DNA of 41,786 bases from Bacteriovoracaceae bacterium. Lineage in GTDB: Bacteria; Bdellovibrionota; Bacteriovoracia; Bacteriovoracales; Bacteriovoracaceae. The stretch spans positions 1 to 41,786 of the forward strand of contig JABIHA010000044.1 in NCBI GenBank assembly GCA_018649885.1. The letters are read 5' to 3'. The notes beneath the pieces are model-generated. The model saw only the letters and a list, made by a program, of their open reading frames with translations, did no database searches and was not told the origin of the DNA. The translations under genes and the position numbers were made by a program. Each line of letters starts with the position of its first letter. Positions within the stretch are counted from its first letter, which is position 1. Below, in pieces: positions 9,751-19,348 of this stretch.

Positions 9751-11094
9751 TTAACGCAAATCTTTGGTTAGAAAGTCGGTGGCGTAATTATTTCCTATGA
9801 AGCTAGGATGCTCTAAAATTCTTTTGTGAAGACTTATATTGCTTGCGATTCCATCGAGGATCATTTCGTTAAGCGCTCTTTTCATTCGGGTAATACATTT
9901 TTCTCTATTTTCAGCCTTAACAATAATTTTCGCCAGCATTGAATCGTAATACGGTGAAATCCTGTAGCCTGAATAGATGAAATCATCAACCCTAACCCCA
10001 ATACCACCCGGCCGATAATATTGGTCAATCTTTCCAGGGCAAGGAAGAGAAGTCACAGGGTCTTCTGCGTTTATTCGACACTCCATAGTGTGCCCTGTGA
10101 ATTTAATATCACTTTGCTTATATTTTAATTTTCCACCCCAAGCCACTCTAATTTGCTCAGCTATTAAATCGATTCCTGTGCGCTCTTCAGTAATTGGGTG
10201 CTCAACCTGAATCCGGGTATTCATCTCCATGAAATAGAATTGTCCCGAATCTAGATCATATAGATACTCAACAGTGCCCACAGAATCATAACCAACATGC
10301 TTAGCTAGCTTAACAGCGGAGTCACATAATTTTTTTCTAGTTTTATCATCAATACATGGAGAAGGTGATTCTTCTAAGATTTTTTGAAACCTCCGTTGAA
10401 TCGTGCAGTCTCTTTCGCCCAGATGCAGAACTGTTCCGTGCTTATCAGCTGCAATTTGAACTTCTACATGCCTTGGGTTTGTAATATATTTTTCAATAAA
10501 AAGTGTTCCGTCTCCAAAAGCAGCCCGAGCTTCTTCTTGCAGTCTAACAACTGAGCTTATGAGATTATCAATCTCATCTACTCTTTGCATTCCTCTGCCA
10601 CCACCACCCGCAGAGGCCTTTATTAAAACAGGAAAACCCATTTCCTGAACATCTTTTATTATTTCTGCCTCATCTCGACCTAAAACTCTTATAGGCTCCA
10701 AAATAGGAACTCCCGCCTCTTTTGCGATAGTTTTTGACAAAATTTTATCACCCATTTTTTCAATGCAATCTACATTGGGTCCAATAAAGGTGATATTCCA
10801 AGTCTCACAGAGCTCTGCAAATTCTCTATTTTCAGATAAAAACCCAAAGCCTGGATGAATAGCATCAGCCTCAGTAATTTCAGCGGCACTTAAAATTGAA
10901 GGAATATTTAAATAACTTAGAGCAGACTTTGCAGGGCCAATACATACTGATTCATCAGCCAGCTTTACGTGGAGAGACTCTTCATCTTCTTCAGAGTGAA
11001 CACTAACTGTCTCAATCCCAAGCTCCTTACAGGTTCTCAGAACTCTAACAGCAATTTCGCCTCTATTAGCAATAAGAATCTTTCTAAAGCCCAC
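9751..11094 (-). CDS. accC: Acetyl-CoA carboxylase biotin carboxylase subunit
   Basis: ILIANRGEIA, HPGFGFLSEN, KASAGGGGRGM, EMNTRIQVEH, YDSMLAK; GTG start. Confidence 0.98.
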   Translation of the reverse strand: MGFRKILIANRGEIAVRVLRTCKELGIETVSVHSEEDEESLHVKLADESVCIGPAKSALSYLNIPSILSAAEITEADAIHPGFGFLSENREFAELCETWNITFIGPNVDCIEKMGDKILSKTIAKEAGVPILEPIRVLGRDEAEIIKDVQEMGFPVLIKASAGGGGRGMQRVDEIDNLISSVVRLQEEARAAFGDGTLFIEKYITNPRHVEVQIAADKHGTVLHLGERDCTIQRRFQKILEESPSPCIDDKTRKKLCDSAVKLAKHVGYDSVGTVEYLYDLDSGQFYFMEMNTRIQVEHPITEERTGIDLIAEQIRVAWGGKLKYKQSDIKFTGHTMECRINAEDPVTSLPCPGKIDQYYRPGGIGVRVDDFIYSGYRISPYYDSMLAKIIVKAENREKCITRMKRALNEMILDGIASNISLHKRILEHPSFIGNNYATDFLTKDLR

Positions 11095-11098
11095 TTTC

Positions 11099-11521
11099 TT
11101 AGTTCCTAATTTTGAAAAGAACTTGCCCGTACTCTACAAGGCTTTCATTTTCTGCACAGATTTCTACAATTTCGCCACTAGTTTCAGACTCAATTTCGTT
11201 CATGATCTTCATGGCCTCTAAAATACAAAGCACCTGGCCCTTAGAAACATTAGTGCCGACTTTCACATAGGGAGGCTCACCTGGAGCTCCTTGTAGGTAG
11301 AAGGTTCCCACAAATGGAGACTTAACTTCGTAGAAATTTTCGTCACTAGTAGCCGCCGCCTCTGCGCTTGCTGGAAGTGCATGTGCCATAGGCATAGCTT
11401 GAAAACTTCCCGCCCCAACTAGATCAACAGAGATTTTTTCATCTCCATTTTCATATTTTAATCTGGCCACGCCTTTTGACTGAGCTAGATCTATAAATTG
11501 TTCAAGTTTTTCTAAGTCCAT
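11099..11521 (-). CDS. accB: Biotin carboxyl carrier protein
   Basis: KSPFVGTFY and the EAMKIMNEI biotinylation motif. Confidence 0.98.
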   Translation of the reverse strand: MDLEKLEQFIDLAQSKGVARLKYENGDEKISVDLVGAGSFQAMPMAHALPASAEAAATSDENFYEVKSPFVGTFYLQGAPGEPPYVKVGTNVSKGQVLCILEAMKIMNEIESETSGEIVEICAENESLVEYGQVLFKIRN

Positions 11522-11535
11522 TATAGTTCCAAATT

Positions 11536-12102
11536 TTAGTTTTTTACTCTTTCGACGTAATCGCCAGTTCTAGAATCAATTTTTAAAACTTCACCTTCTT
11601 TAATAAAAAGAGGGACGTTAACCTGGAGATCTGTCTCCATAATTGCTTTTTTATTGCCACCAGAAGCCGTATCACCTTTAAGACCCGGATCTGTTTGCTT
11701 TACTTTTAAGCTCACAAAATTTGGAAGGTCTATGGCGATAGGTTTTTCATTGTGATAGAGAATATTGATTCTTATTCCCTCAATTAAATAGTTTTTAGCG
11801 TCCCCAACATAATTTTCACCAAGCGTAATGGTCTCGTAGCTGGTTTGATCCATAAAGTGAAAACCTTCATGATCACCATACATAAATTCCATTTCTTTAT
11901 CTTCTAAGTCTGGCTTATCTGCAGTATCCACACCGGCCTTAAAAGTTTTTTCTAAAACTTGTCCAGTCTCTAAATTTTTTAATCTAGTTCTAACGAAAGC
12001 CGAACCCTTTCCAGGATTCACATGTTGGAAATCTACAATTTGATAAACTTTTTTCTCAAGCTCAATTTTAAGACCTTTTCTAAAGTCTGTTGTCTGAAAC
12101 AT
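11536..12102 (-). CDS. efp: Translation elongation factor P (start revised to ATG 12102)
   Basis: MFQTTDFRKGLKI, HVNPGKGSAFVR (Lys-type loop), PGLKGDTA, VPLFI; AAGGA RBS before 12102. Confidence 0.97.
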   Translation of the reverse strand: MFQTTDFRKGLKIELEKKVYQIVDFQHVNPGKGSAFVRTRLKNLETGQVLEKTFKAGVDTADKPDLEDKEMEFMYGDHEGFHFMDQTSYETITLGENYVGDAKNYLIEGIRINILYHNEKPIAIDLPNFVSLKVKQTDPGLKGDTASGGNKKAIMETDLQVNVPLFIKEGEVLKIDSRTGDYVERVKN

Positions 12103-12112
12103 AATCGATTCC

Positions 12113-12547
12113 TTAGCATAGCTTAGACAATGCATAAGCTGCGTTGCCGTAAACGCTGTAATTGGGACCACACATTATCACGTCACATGCCCCCCCCGTC
12201 AATAATTCTTGGCGAGCACCCTCACGTTTAAAAACGTTGGAAATATGAACTTCGGCAATAGGAATTTTAAGAATTTTGAGAGCGTCAAATAAGGCCAAGC
12301 TAGTATGACTATAAGCACCTGGATTAATGATCAAGCCAACATACTCAGAATCCACTAACTCGTGAATTTTAGTGACTATTTCACCTTCTGAATTGGATTG
12401 AAACCAAGTCAGTTCAAGCTTAAATTTCTGCGCCTCAAGCTGAGTTTCACTTTCAATTTCAGCTAGAGTCTTGGCACCATAAACATCAGGTTCACGCACC
12501 CCGAGCATGTTAAGATTGGGGCCATTAATAATGAGAATTTTCGCCAC
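12113..12547 (-). CDS. aroQ: Type II 3-dehydroquinate dehydratase
   Basis: NGPNLNMLGVREPDVYG, QSNSEG, NPGAYSHTS, EVHISN; GTG start with GGGGG RBS. Confidence 0.96.
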   Translation of the reverse strand: MAKILIINGPNLNMLGVREPDVYGAKTLAEIESETQLEAQKFKLELTWFQSNSEGEIVTKIHELVDSEYVGLIINPGAYSHTSLALFDALKILKIPIAEVHISNVFKREGARQELLTGGACDVIMCGPNYSVYGNAAYALSKLC

Positions 12548-12560
12548 TTTTCCCCCTAAT

Positions 12561-13637
12561 TTATCTAAACTCTAGGGCCCTCGCCCTCAACTTATCTAAA
12601 AACGAGTCAAACTTGGCCCGGATCTCTGTCGCCACTAATTTCTTTGGATTTACTCTTTTATCGTAGGCTTCCATTAACTCTAGGTGACCTTCTTTAGCAG
12701 CCGGAGCCTTCATATCACCTTGGAGTCTTCTCACTTCTTCAAGCTTAGTAATGGATCTCTCATCACCTGGGTTGAGCTCAAGAATTTTCTCTAAAACCTC
12801 TATCGCCTTATCAAAATGTCTTTGATTGCAGTAAAGATCAACAAGAGTGTGGGTCACAACAGGTGGGCCCTCTTCTTCGATCAAAAGGCCTCTATCCTTT
12901 GAAGACGAGCCCATCTCAGCGGCTTGTTCGCCGAAACTTTCTTCTGGAATACTATCTAGCTCTTGAAATTCGAAGTCCGTTTCTTTTTCTGTTTGCTCTT
13001 CCTCAATTTGCTCAAGGTGAGCGCTGGTATGAACAATATCATCAAACTCGGGAGTAATTGGCCCACTTCCTATCTCCCAATCACTTTCACTGGCAGACGA
13101 TATCTCTTGTTCACTTTTTTCCGTAGACTTAAAATCAACTTGAACCCAATCGTCATCATCTGATTCAGCGGGCAGGCTCACTTGCTCAGGATCCCCTATC
13201 ATTTCATATTCACCAGAGATATCTCGTTCAAGAACGGCAACCTCAGTACTTACCGCCTCATCCCTAGGGTTTAAAAACATTAAGTACTTATAGGTCTCCA
13301 GTGCCTCATCAAAATGGCCCAGGTTCTTGCAAATTTCAGCAAAGAGTTTTTGAAGCCTAATATTTTCAAGATTTTCTGAAACAAAAGGACGGAGTGTACT
13401 GTAGGCAGCCTCATACTGTGATTTATCTGTATAGCAAGCGGCAAGACCCAAGTAGCCCATCATATAGGTAGGATGCAACTTAATGCCGTCCCTTAGAATT
13501 TTCAGTGATTCTTCGACCATCCCAATTTTTCGGTAGGCCTCAGCAAGAGGTGCAAAAACTCTAGACCCAGGATTATCCTTTAGGGCCTTCTCGTATTTTA
13601 ATAAGATGGGAGATCTATCCCGTTGTTTTTGTACCAT
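12561..13637 (-). CDS. TPR protein: N-terminal TPR array, long acidic linker, C-terminal TPR
   Basis: SRVFAPLAEAYRKIG-type TPR repeats; D/E-rich middle; C-terminal THTLVDLYCNQRHFDKAIEVLEKILELNP. Confidence 0.85.
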   Translation of the reverse strand: MVQKQRDRSPILLKYEKALKDNPGSRVFAPLAEAYRKIGMVEESLKILRDGIKLHPTYMMGYLGLAACYTDKSQYEAAYSTLRPFVSENLENIRLQKLFAEICKNLGHFDEALETYKYLMFLNPRDEAVSTEVAVLERDISGEYEMIGDPEQVSLPAESDDDDWVQVDFKSTEKSEQEISSASESDWEIGSGPITPEFDDIVHTSAHLEQIEEEQTEKETDFEFQELDSIPEESFGEQAAEMGSSSKDRGLLIEEEGPPVVTHTLVDLYCNQRHFDKAIEVLEKILELNPGDERSITKLEEVRRLQGDMKAPAAKEGHLELMEAYDKRVNPKKLVATEIRAKFDSFLDKLRARALEFR

Positions 13638-13643
13638 GTCTAA

Positions 13644-13652
13644 ACTATAGCA
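13644..13652 (-). promoter_or_regulatory. Extended -10 promoter of the TPR gene (probable leaderless mRNA)
   Basis: TG-c-TATAGT ends 6 nt before the ATG at 13637; no Shine-Dalgarno. Confidence 0.55.
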
Positions 13653-13685
13653 AAGTAGATGAAAATTCCGTAGCTAAATGTTTTG

Positions 13686-15506
13686 TTAAGCGTCGCCTTC
13701 ACGTTCTGAAAGGCCTGCAGCCTCTTGATTGATTACCCGCGGAGTAATAAAGATAATCAACTCACTTTTCTTTCTCGCCGGATTGAAAGGAGTCCTAAAA
13801 ATCCAGCCAAGAAGTGGAAGATCCTTTAAAAATGGCACCCCACTGTGAGACTCAGTCCTTGAATATTGATAGAGCCCACCTAAAACAATGGTTGAACCGT
13901 TATCTACTAGAACATTAGTTTTGATTTTTCTCTCATTCACATCAGGTGGAGCGTCAGCATCAGGTCTGGTACCTGTAAAACCCGATTTCGTCAGATCGAC
14001 GTCCATGATAATGGAGCCGTCATTCGTGACCTTAGGAGTAACCTTGAGGTCAATTGTAGCTGAGATTTGCTGCCATGACTGGATCGTCTCGCCGTCTTCA
14101 ACGGTAGTGACCTTAAAACTTGTGGTGTCATTATTGGTTAAGTTCGCTTCTTTATTATTTTGAGCAATTACCTTTGGTGAAGAAACGATTTTACCTTTTG
14201 ATTCACTTTCCATCAGTTGAAGGGTGAAATCGAGGTTCAGAAGTCTTTTGAAAACAGCAATGTTGAAGCCGAAGAAATTTCTTGTTGTATCACCAATTGT
14301 TGGAGCTGTTGAAAAAGTAAAGCCTGGTCCAGAATCAACATCTTCAGTGGCAGACCTAAGATTATTTATAGGGGTTATGGGATCATACCCAAATGAGAGA
14401 CCTTGTTGAAGGCCGATCTCTTGTCTAAACTCTTCATTGGCCTCAACCACTTTAGCTTCAATCAAAATTTGAGGTGTTTGAGTATCGAGAACTTCAATAA
14501 TTTTCTTCATTTTTTCAATAACATCAACAGTGTCTTTCACGATAATATTATTTGTCCTGGCATCCATCTTGATAGTTCCACGATCGCCCGTTTGATAATC
14601 TTTTAAAATATCAGATAGGTCTTTTAACTCCGAGAAACTAATAGGGAAAATTTTTGTCACAAGGGGTTCTAGTCTTTCATTGAGCTTTTCAGCTTCAACC
14701 TCAACCTTTTTCTCTTGGGTAGCCTTTTGAAGAGTTGTGATCATAAGTATATTGCCATTTTTATTGGCCACTAATTTACCTAAATCTAAAACTGTATCTA
14801 GTGCTTGGTCCCAGGGAACATTCACCATATTAAGGGTATATGGAGGAAGCTTTGTCACCTCGGAATCCCAGATAATATTAAAACCCGAAGAAATAGAAAT
14901 CATATTTAAAATTTCTGGGATCGTTACATTGTTAACCCTGAAAGATATTTTCTTCCCAATATATTTTTTGGCACCAGATTGAGTGAGGTTATCAAGAATA
15001 TCTTCAACAGACTCTGACTTAGGGATATGAACAAGTGCATTTTGCTGGCCTTGAGCCACTACTTTCTCAAGCGTTTTTCCATCAGTTACAGACTTATTAG
15101 AAAAAACTCCAAACCTGTTCTCGATAGCTAAAACTATTTTATTACCATCTGTTTTTAACATTGACCTGACATTGTCACGAAGTTGAATGGCTATTCTAAG
15201 ATCTTTTTTCTTACCAGGCTTTTTGTAAGGAGAAATAAAAACAACAGCACCTGAAAACTCCGATGTATCAAAAGGTCTTAGAATTTTACCATCAGCCGTC
15301 ACATCTTCTATATCAAGTATGATTTGTTTATCTTCAGTAACGTGAAACTTCTTGGCCTTGACACCTATTTTATCTAGTTCAATTTGAACGTAACTCGTCT
15401 CCCCTTTTTGGAAGAAATTAATATTTTTCATCTCAAAGGAGTGCGCAGAGAAAGCCATTAAGGATAGAAATACTAAGGCACTTGTTTGAAAAATTCCTTT
15501 TTTCAT
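13686..15506 (-). CDS. pilQ: Type IV pilus secretin PilQ
   Basis: Signal peptide; AMIN-like N-domain; NVPWDQALD, DARTNNIIV, PQILIEAKVVE, SSPKV, GVPFLKDLPLLGWIF, ELIIFITPRVI. Confidence 0.95.
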   Translation of the reverse strand: MKKGIFQTSALVFLSLMAFSAHSFEMKNINFFQKGETSYVQIELDKIGVKAKKFHVTEDKQIILDIEDVTADGKILRPFDTSEFSGAVVFISPYKKPGKKKDLRIAIQLRDNVRSMLKTDGNKIVLAIENRFGVFSNKSVTDGKTLEKVVAQGQQNALVHIPKSESVEDILDNLTQSGAKKYIGKKISFRVNNVTIPEILNMISISSGFNIIWDSEVTKLPPYTLNMVNVPWDQALDTVLDLGKLVANKNGNILMITTLQKATQEKKVEVEAEKLNERLEPLVTKIFPISFSELKDLSDILKDYQTGDRGTIKMDARTNNIIVKDTVDVIEKMKKIIEVLDTQTPQILIEAKVVEANEEFRQEIGLQQGLSFGYDPITPINNLRSATEDVDSGPGFTFSTAPTIGDTTRNFFGFNIAVFKRLLNLDFTLQLMESESKGKIVSSPKVIAQNNKEANLTNNDTTSFKVTTVEDGETIQSWQQISATIDLKVTPKVTNDGSIIMDVDLTKSGFTGTRPDADAPPDVNERKIKTNVLVDNGSTIVLGGLYQYSRTESHSGVPFLKDLPLLGWIFRTPFNPARKKSELIIFITPRVINQEAAGLSEREGDA

Positions 15507-15602
15507 CGATGTCCCCTCATGGAACGAGTAAAATATTTGAAAGACGGTCCCACACTTATGATATCAGTAATTTGGAAATAAAAAAAGAATTTGTTTAGGG
15601 AG

Positions 15603-16064
15603 CTATTTTTGAGAAATTGGAATTACAGTTTCAAGATACTCTTCTTGACCATAAACGTTGACTATTCTTTCAACCAGTACAATTCCCGCAGGAAGAATGG
15701 CCTTTAATTCGGCGGCTTCAATCCCAAGCTTCATCCCCTCTTCTAAAATAAATGTCTCTTTCTTATCTCCGATCCGTGCGATAGCCTTTCTATTTTTCCC
15801 TACTAAAATTCCAATGATTTTAATTTCATTGAGCTTTACTTGCCCAATTTTTGGCACATTGCTATATTCATTGCCAATGACAATCCCCTTTCCTTCACCA
15901 CCTTTTTTGGTTACTCCTGTATTAATGGGAGCCCTAAAAGGATCGCGTAAACTAAAGGGGTTTTTCAGCTTACTTTTTCCTTTAAAAAAATTTTCAAGGC
16001 TTGGGGCAGATTTAGCTCCAAAAGAAAATAAAGACAATACTGTGATCGTTATGAAAAACCTCAT
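15603..16064 (-). CDS. pilP: Pilus assembly protein PilP-like
   Basis: Between pilO and pilQ; RDPF motif; LNEIKIIGILVG beta domain; signal peptide without a lipobox Cys. Confidence 0.8.
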   Translation of the reverse strand: MRFFITITVLSLFSFGAKSAPSLENFFKGKSKLKNPFSLRDPFRAPINTGVTKKGGEGKGIVIGNEYSNVPKIGQVKLNEIKIIGILVGKNRKAIARIGDKKETFILEEGMKLGIEAAELKAILPAGIVLVERIVNVYGQEEYLETVIPISQK

Positions 16065-16759
16065 CTTTTCTTTTTCCTTTTACCTTTTTTCTTTCTTCTC
16101 TTTTTCTTTGCCGCTTTCTGCAGCTCCTTTCTTTTACGGTCCTCAGTTGCTTTGAGTTGTTTTTCAACCTCTCTTTCAACTGACTTGGAGTCTTCTACAT
16201 GACGAGGGTTATAACGGTAAGCCTCAAGGTAAGCAGTCAGGTTAATCATGGTAAAACGCCCTCTTTGAGGCTCCTTTGGCGTTTCAATTGTCATTGCTTC
16301 TATATTGTAAAGCCGACTTAAAAGCTTAACTCGTTCGAAAAAAACTAAAAATTGTAAATGCGTTCCAATCGCTTTCATTTGGTATTGTTTCGAAATAAAA
16401 AAGCCATTTTCCTTTGCTTTTCCAGGTGTAAAGGTCGCATTTTTTATATTTAAAATATTGGCCTGTTTAGTAAAGGTATCTAGGATATCAGTATCAAGTA
16501 ACACTTCAGGAAGCTGTTTTTGAACAGTTTCGATTTGACTTGTTACTTCCCCTATTCTTTTTCGAAAAACCTCGATTTGATCTTGGACACTTTTAGATTT
16601 TTTAATAGAGCTCTTTAACTTTTTTATCTTCGATCTAATGGGAGGGATTCCCCCTTCAGCCTGCACGACTTTTTGCAATTCCTCCTCGTAACCCATATAA
16701 AGCCCATAACCTATATAGGCCATGAGTAATAAAGGTAGTAATTTTATTAAGGAGCCCAT
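16061..16759 (-). CDS. pilO: Pilus assembly protein PilO
   Basis: N-terminal TM and coiled coil; QLPE and GTHLQFLVFFERVKLLSRLYNI; operon position. Confidence 0.85.
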   Translation of the reverse strand: MGSLIKLLPLLLMAYIGYGLYMGYEEELQKVVQAEGGIPPIRSKIKKLKSSIKKSKSVQDQIEVFRKRIGEVTSQIETVQKQLPEVLLDTDILDTFTKQANILNIKNATFTPGKAKENGFFISKQYQMKAIGTHLQFLVFFERVKLLSRLYNIEAMTIETPKEPQRGRFTMINLTAYLEAYRYNPRHVEDSKSVEREVEKQLKATEDRKRKELQKAAKKKRRKKKGKRKKKR

Positions 16760-16761
16760 CT

Positions 16762-17361
16762 TTATTCAAACCTTGATACTTTTCCAAGTATCTTAAATGC
16801 TTCTGTTCTGGTTTGTGTTTCCTTGTCTATTTCTGTTTTAGTCCCATCAAGACGTAAATCTCTATTAAAGAAAATCGAACTTCTTAAACTCTCTAAAAAT
16901 ATTCCAATACTTTTATAGCTTAAGCTCTTTCCAATAATTTCAAAGTTTGTTCCTTTAAATGAAAGATTTGAAATCCACAAATCACTTGGTACATTTTTAG
17001 AAATATAGAGCATGATGCTTTGTGGGTTTTTCTTTTGAGCTAGAATTTTCCTGACAACATCTAGTCTGCTTTTCAGTTTTTTTTCTATAATCTGAAATTT
17101 TGAAATTTCTTTGTCTAACCCTCTTAACTTGGAATATTGAGACGTTAGCTTTTTTTTCTCCTTCGAGAGCACCTTTTGTTCTTCCGTCGCTGCTTTCATT
17201 CTTTCTTCGAGTAATAGATCAAAAATATGAGAGTTCCCATCCCACATGATAAAAAGAAGTAAGGGAGCAATAAACTTCCAGTTAATTTGTTTAATATCAA
17301 CACCCATAACAATGGTGTTAACTTGCTGCTTTTTCTTTTCAATGAGATTTACTTTTATCAT
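16762..17361 (-). CDS. pilN: Pilus assembly protein PilN
   Basis: MIKVNLI (INLL-type PilM-binding motif); TM; coiled coil; VPSDLWISNL. Confidence 0.9.
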   Translation of the reverse strand: MIKVNLIEKKKQQVNTIVMGVDIKQINWKFIAPLLLFIMWDGNSHIFDLLLEERMKAATEEQKVLSKEKKKLTSQYSKLRGLDKEISKFQIIEKKLKSRLDVVRKILAQKKNPQSIMLYISKNVPSDLWISNLSFKGTNFEIIGKSLSYKSIGIFLESLRSSIFFNRDLRLDGTKTEIDKETQTRTEAFKILGKVSRFE

Positions 17362-18458
17362 TAAAAATTTCTCGCGGCTAAGCCCATGGCCACTACTCCG
17401 TGGGTTGCTATTATTTCAATCGCTTCCTGACTAAAAGATCTTTTATTATAATCAATTTTCAAAAAGGGATCGAAAACATGGATTTTACAATTGAGAGTTG
17501 TTTCTAAACCTTCCTTTAACCCAGGGGTCATACAGGCACCACCCGTAAGAAAACATTTATCCACTTCGTCATCAGATGAGGCTGTTAGAAAAAATCCAAG
17601 TACCTTTCTAATTTCTGCAAAATATACGTCAAGACTACTTTGAATGATTTCTAATATTTCTTCAGGGTAATTTCCATTTTCATCGCCAAGTGTTTTTAGA
17701 TCTTCGGCTTCTACATAATTGAGACCCATTTGACGCTGAATTTCTTCAGTAATCATATAGCCACCGATATTGAGCTCTCTTGTAAAAACTAATACTCCAA
17801 ACTTGTAAACTGATACTTTAGTAGATTGGGCTCCAAACTCAATTAAAACATTATTGACACTGGCATCTTTTCCATTGAGTACAATGTGCTCAAATACATT
17901 TGCTGTAGCCAACAAATTGAGATCAACGACTTTCACCCGCAAGCCAATTTCTCCCAGAAGATCTTTGTAAGATTCAATCACATCTTCTCTGGCAGCAGCT
18001 ACAATGACATCCGTTCCCCCACCTTCATTTTCTCTAAGAATATCATAAGAAATAGCCGAATCATCGACACCAAAAGGGATATATTGTTCCGCCTCCCAAA
18101 ATACCTCATTTTCAATTTCTTCTTCTGAGTTGCCTGCAATTTGCAGCCTCTTTGCAATAGTATTGGGCCCAAATAATCCAAGACAAACATTGAGATTTTT
18201 AATTTTAGCTTTTTTCAAAGCTTCCTTAATGGCCTCTTTGATTTCATCAGGTTTTTGAATTTCGTCGTCAATAAGTGCGCCCTCAGGCAGCTCTTGCATG
18301 GCAAATTTTTGAAGTGCCCACTTGCTGCCTTTGGCTGCGAGCTCACAAACCTTAACTGAGCTTAGACCAATATCAATGCCCACTAAGTTCCTTGGACCAA
18401 TCTTCAGAGAATCCTTGATTAAAAAGGGAATTTCTTTTGCAAGAGAATTGAGATCCAT
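17361..18458 (-). CDS. pilM: Pilus assembly protein PilM (actin-like)
   Basis: VGIDIGLSSVKV, WEAEQYIPF, FLTGGAC, VAMGLAAR. Confidence 0.95.
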   Translation of the reverse strand: MDLNSLAKEIPFLIKDSLKIGPRNLVGIDIGLSSVKVCELAAKGSKWALQKFAMQELPEGALIDDEIQKPDEIKEAIKEALKKAKIKNLNVCLGLFGPNTIAKRLQIAGNSEEEIENEVFWEAEQYIPFGVDDSAISYDILRENEGGGTDVIVAAAREDVIESYKDLLGEIGLRVKVVDLNLLATANVFEHIVLNGKDASVNNVLIEFGAQSTKVSVYKFGVLVFTRELNIGGYMITEEIQRQMGLNYVEAEDLKTLGDENGNYPEEILEIIQSSLDVYFAEIRKVLGFFLTASSDDEVDKCFLTGGACMTPGLKEGLETTLNCKIHVFDPFLKIDYNKRSFSQEAIEIIATHGVVAMGLAARNF

Positions 18459-18510
18459 ATACCTATTACCCTAAAAGCACCTTCATGGTGCTGCACAGGG
18501 CACCTATTTA

Positions 18511-18540
18511 ATTATAGGAAGAATAGGCTCCAAAATACAA
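18511..18540 (-). promoter_or_regulatory. Sigma70-type promoter of pilMNOPQ
   Basis: TTGTAT (18540-18535), 18 nt spacer, TATAAT (18516-18511). Confidence 0.65.
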
Positions 18541-18556
18541 GGATATAACGCAGATC

Positions 18557-19348
18557 TTAGTATCTTCCCATTACGTACTCGACAAATTTTTGAAACTGAG
18601 ATGGGAAAAACATTTGGACCGACGCAGCTAAGATAATATAGGGTCCAAATGCAAGGCTTTCAGACTTTTTCATTCTTTTAAATAAAATAAGACTCCCACC
18701 CACAATAGCACCAATCCAGCAGCTCAAAAAAATATTATAAATGATCCCCTTAACCCCAAGAAAAAGGCCCAATATTCCAAAGAGTTTTATGTCTCCTCCA
18801 CCAAGACCAATCTGCCCCCTAAGCTTATAAAACAACCAGGTAATAGAAAGTGGCATAAGAAAACCAACCATGCCTCCAAGAGTGCTATGCACCCAACCAA
18901 ACCTCCAAATTGAAAAAGCCAAAAATACCAGTAACAAAAATATATTCAGCGAGTCAGGAAGAAGGCGATGTTTAATATCTATAAAAAGATGGCAAAGGAA
19001 CACACAAAATGTAGCAAAGTAAAAAAAGGAGCTTACAATACTTTCTACTTGAAAATCATTTGGAAAAAAGAAGTATCCAGCCCCGGCACATAAGAACTCT
19101 ACCAATGGGTACTGAAACGAAATCTTCTGTTTACACTTGTAGCAGCGTCCCTTTAAAAACAGAAAACTCAGCACTGGTATATTTAAAAACCAAGAAAGTT
19201 GAAATGAACAATTTGGACATTTGGATCTCGGAAATACTATATTTTGGCCAAGCGGTACTCTGTAAATAACAACATTTAAAAAACTACCAATCATAGAGGC
19301 AAAAATAACAAAATAGATTTTCAATACCAATAGTAATGTTGAACTCAA
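18557..19348 (-). CDS. pilD: Prepilin peptidase / N-methyltransferase
   Basis: GSFLNVVIYRVP; two CxxC (CPNC, CYKC); catalytic Asp motifs IDIKHRLLPD and GGGDIKL; FGPY. Confidence 0.97.
   Translation of the reverse strand: MSSTLLLVLKIYFVIFASMIGSFLNVVIYRVPLGQNIVFPRSKCPNCSFQLSWFLNIPVLSFLFLKGRCYKCKQKISFQYPLVEFLCAGAGYFFFPNDFQVESIVSSFFYFATFCVFLCHLFIDIKHRLLPDSLNIFLLLVFLAFSIWRFGWVHSTLGGMVGFLMPLSITWLFYKLRGQIGLGGGDIKLFGILGLFLGVKGIIYNIFLSCWIGAIVGGSLILFKRMKKSESLAFGPYIILAASVQMFFPSQFQKFVEYVMGRY

Noticed and set aside
18493..18502. GCACAGGGCA resembles the start of a c-di-GMP-I riboswitch
   Set aside because: It is on the strand opposite pilM and lacks the following GCAAA/GNRA elements and second stem.
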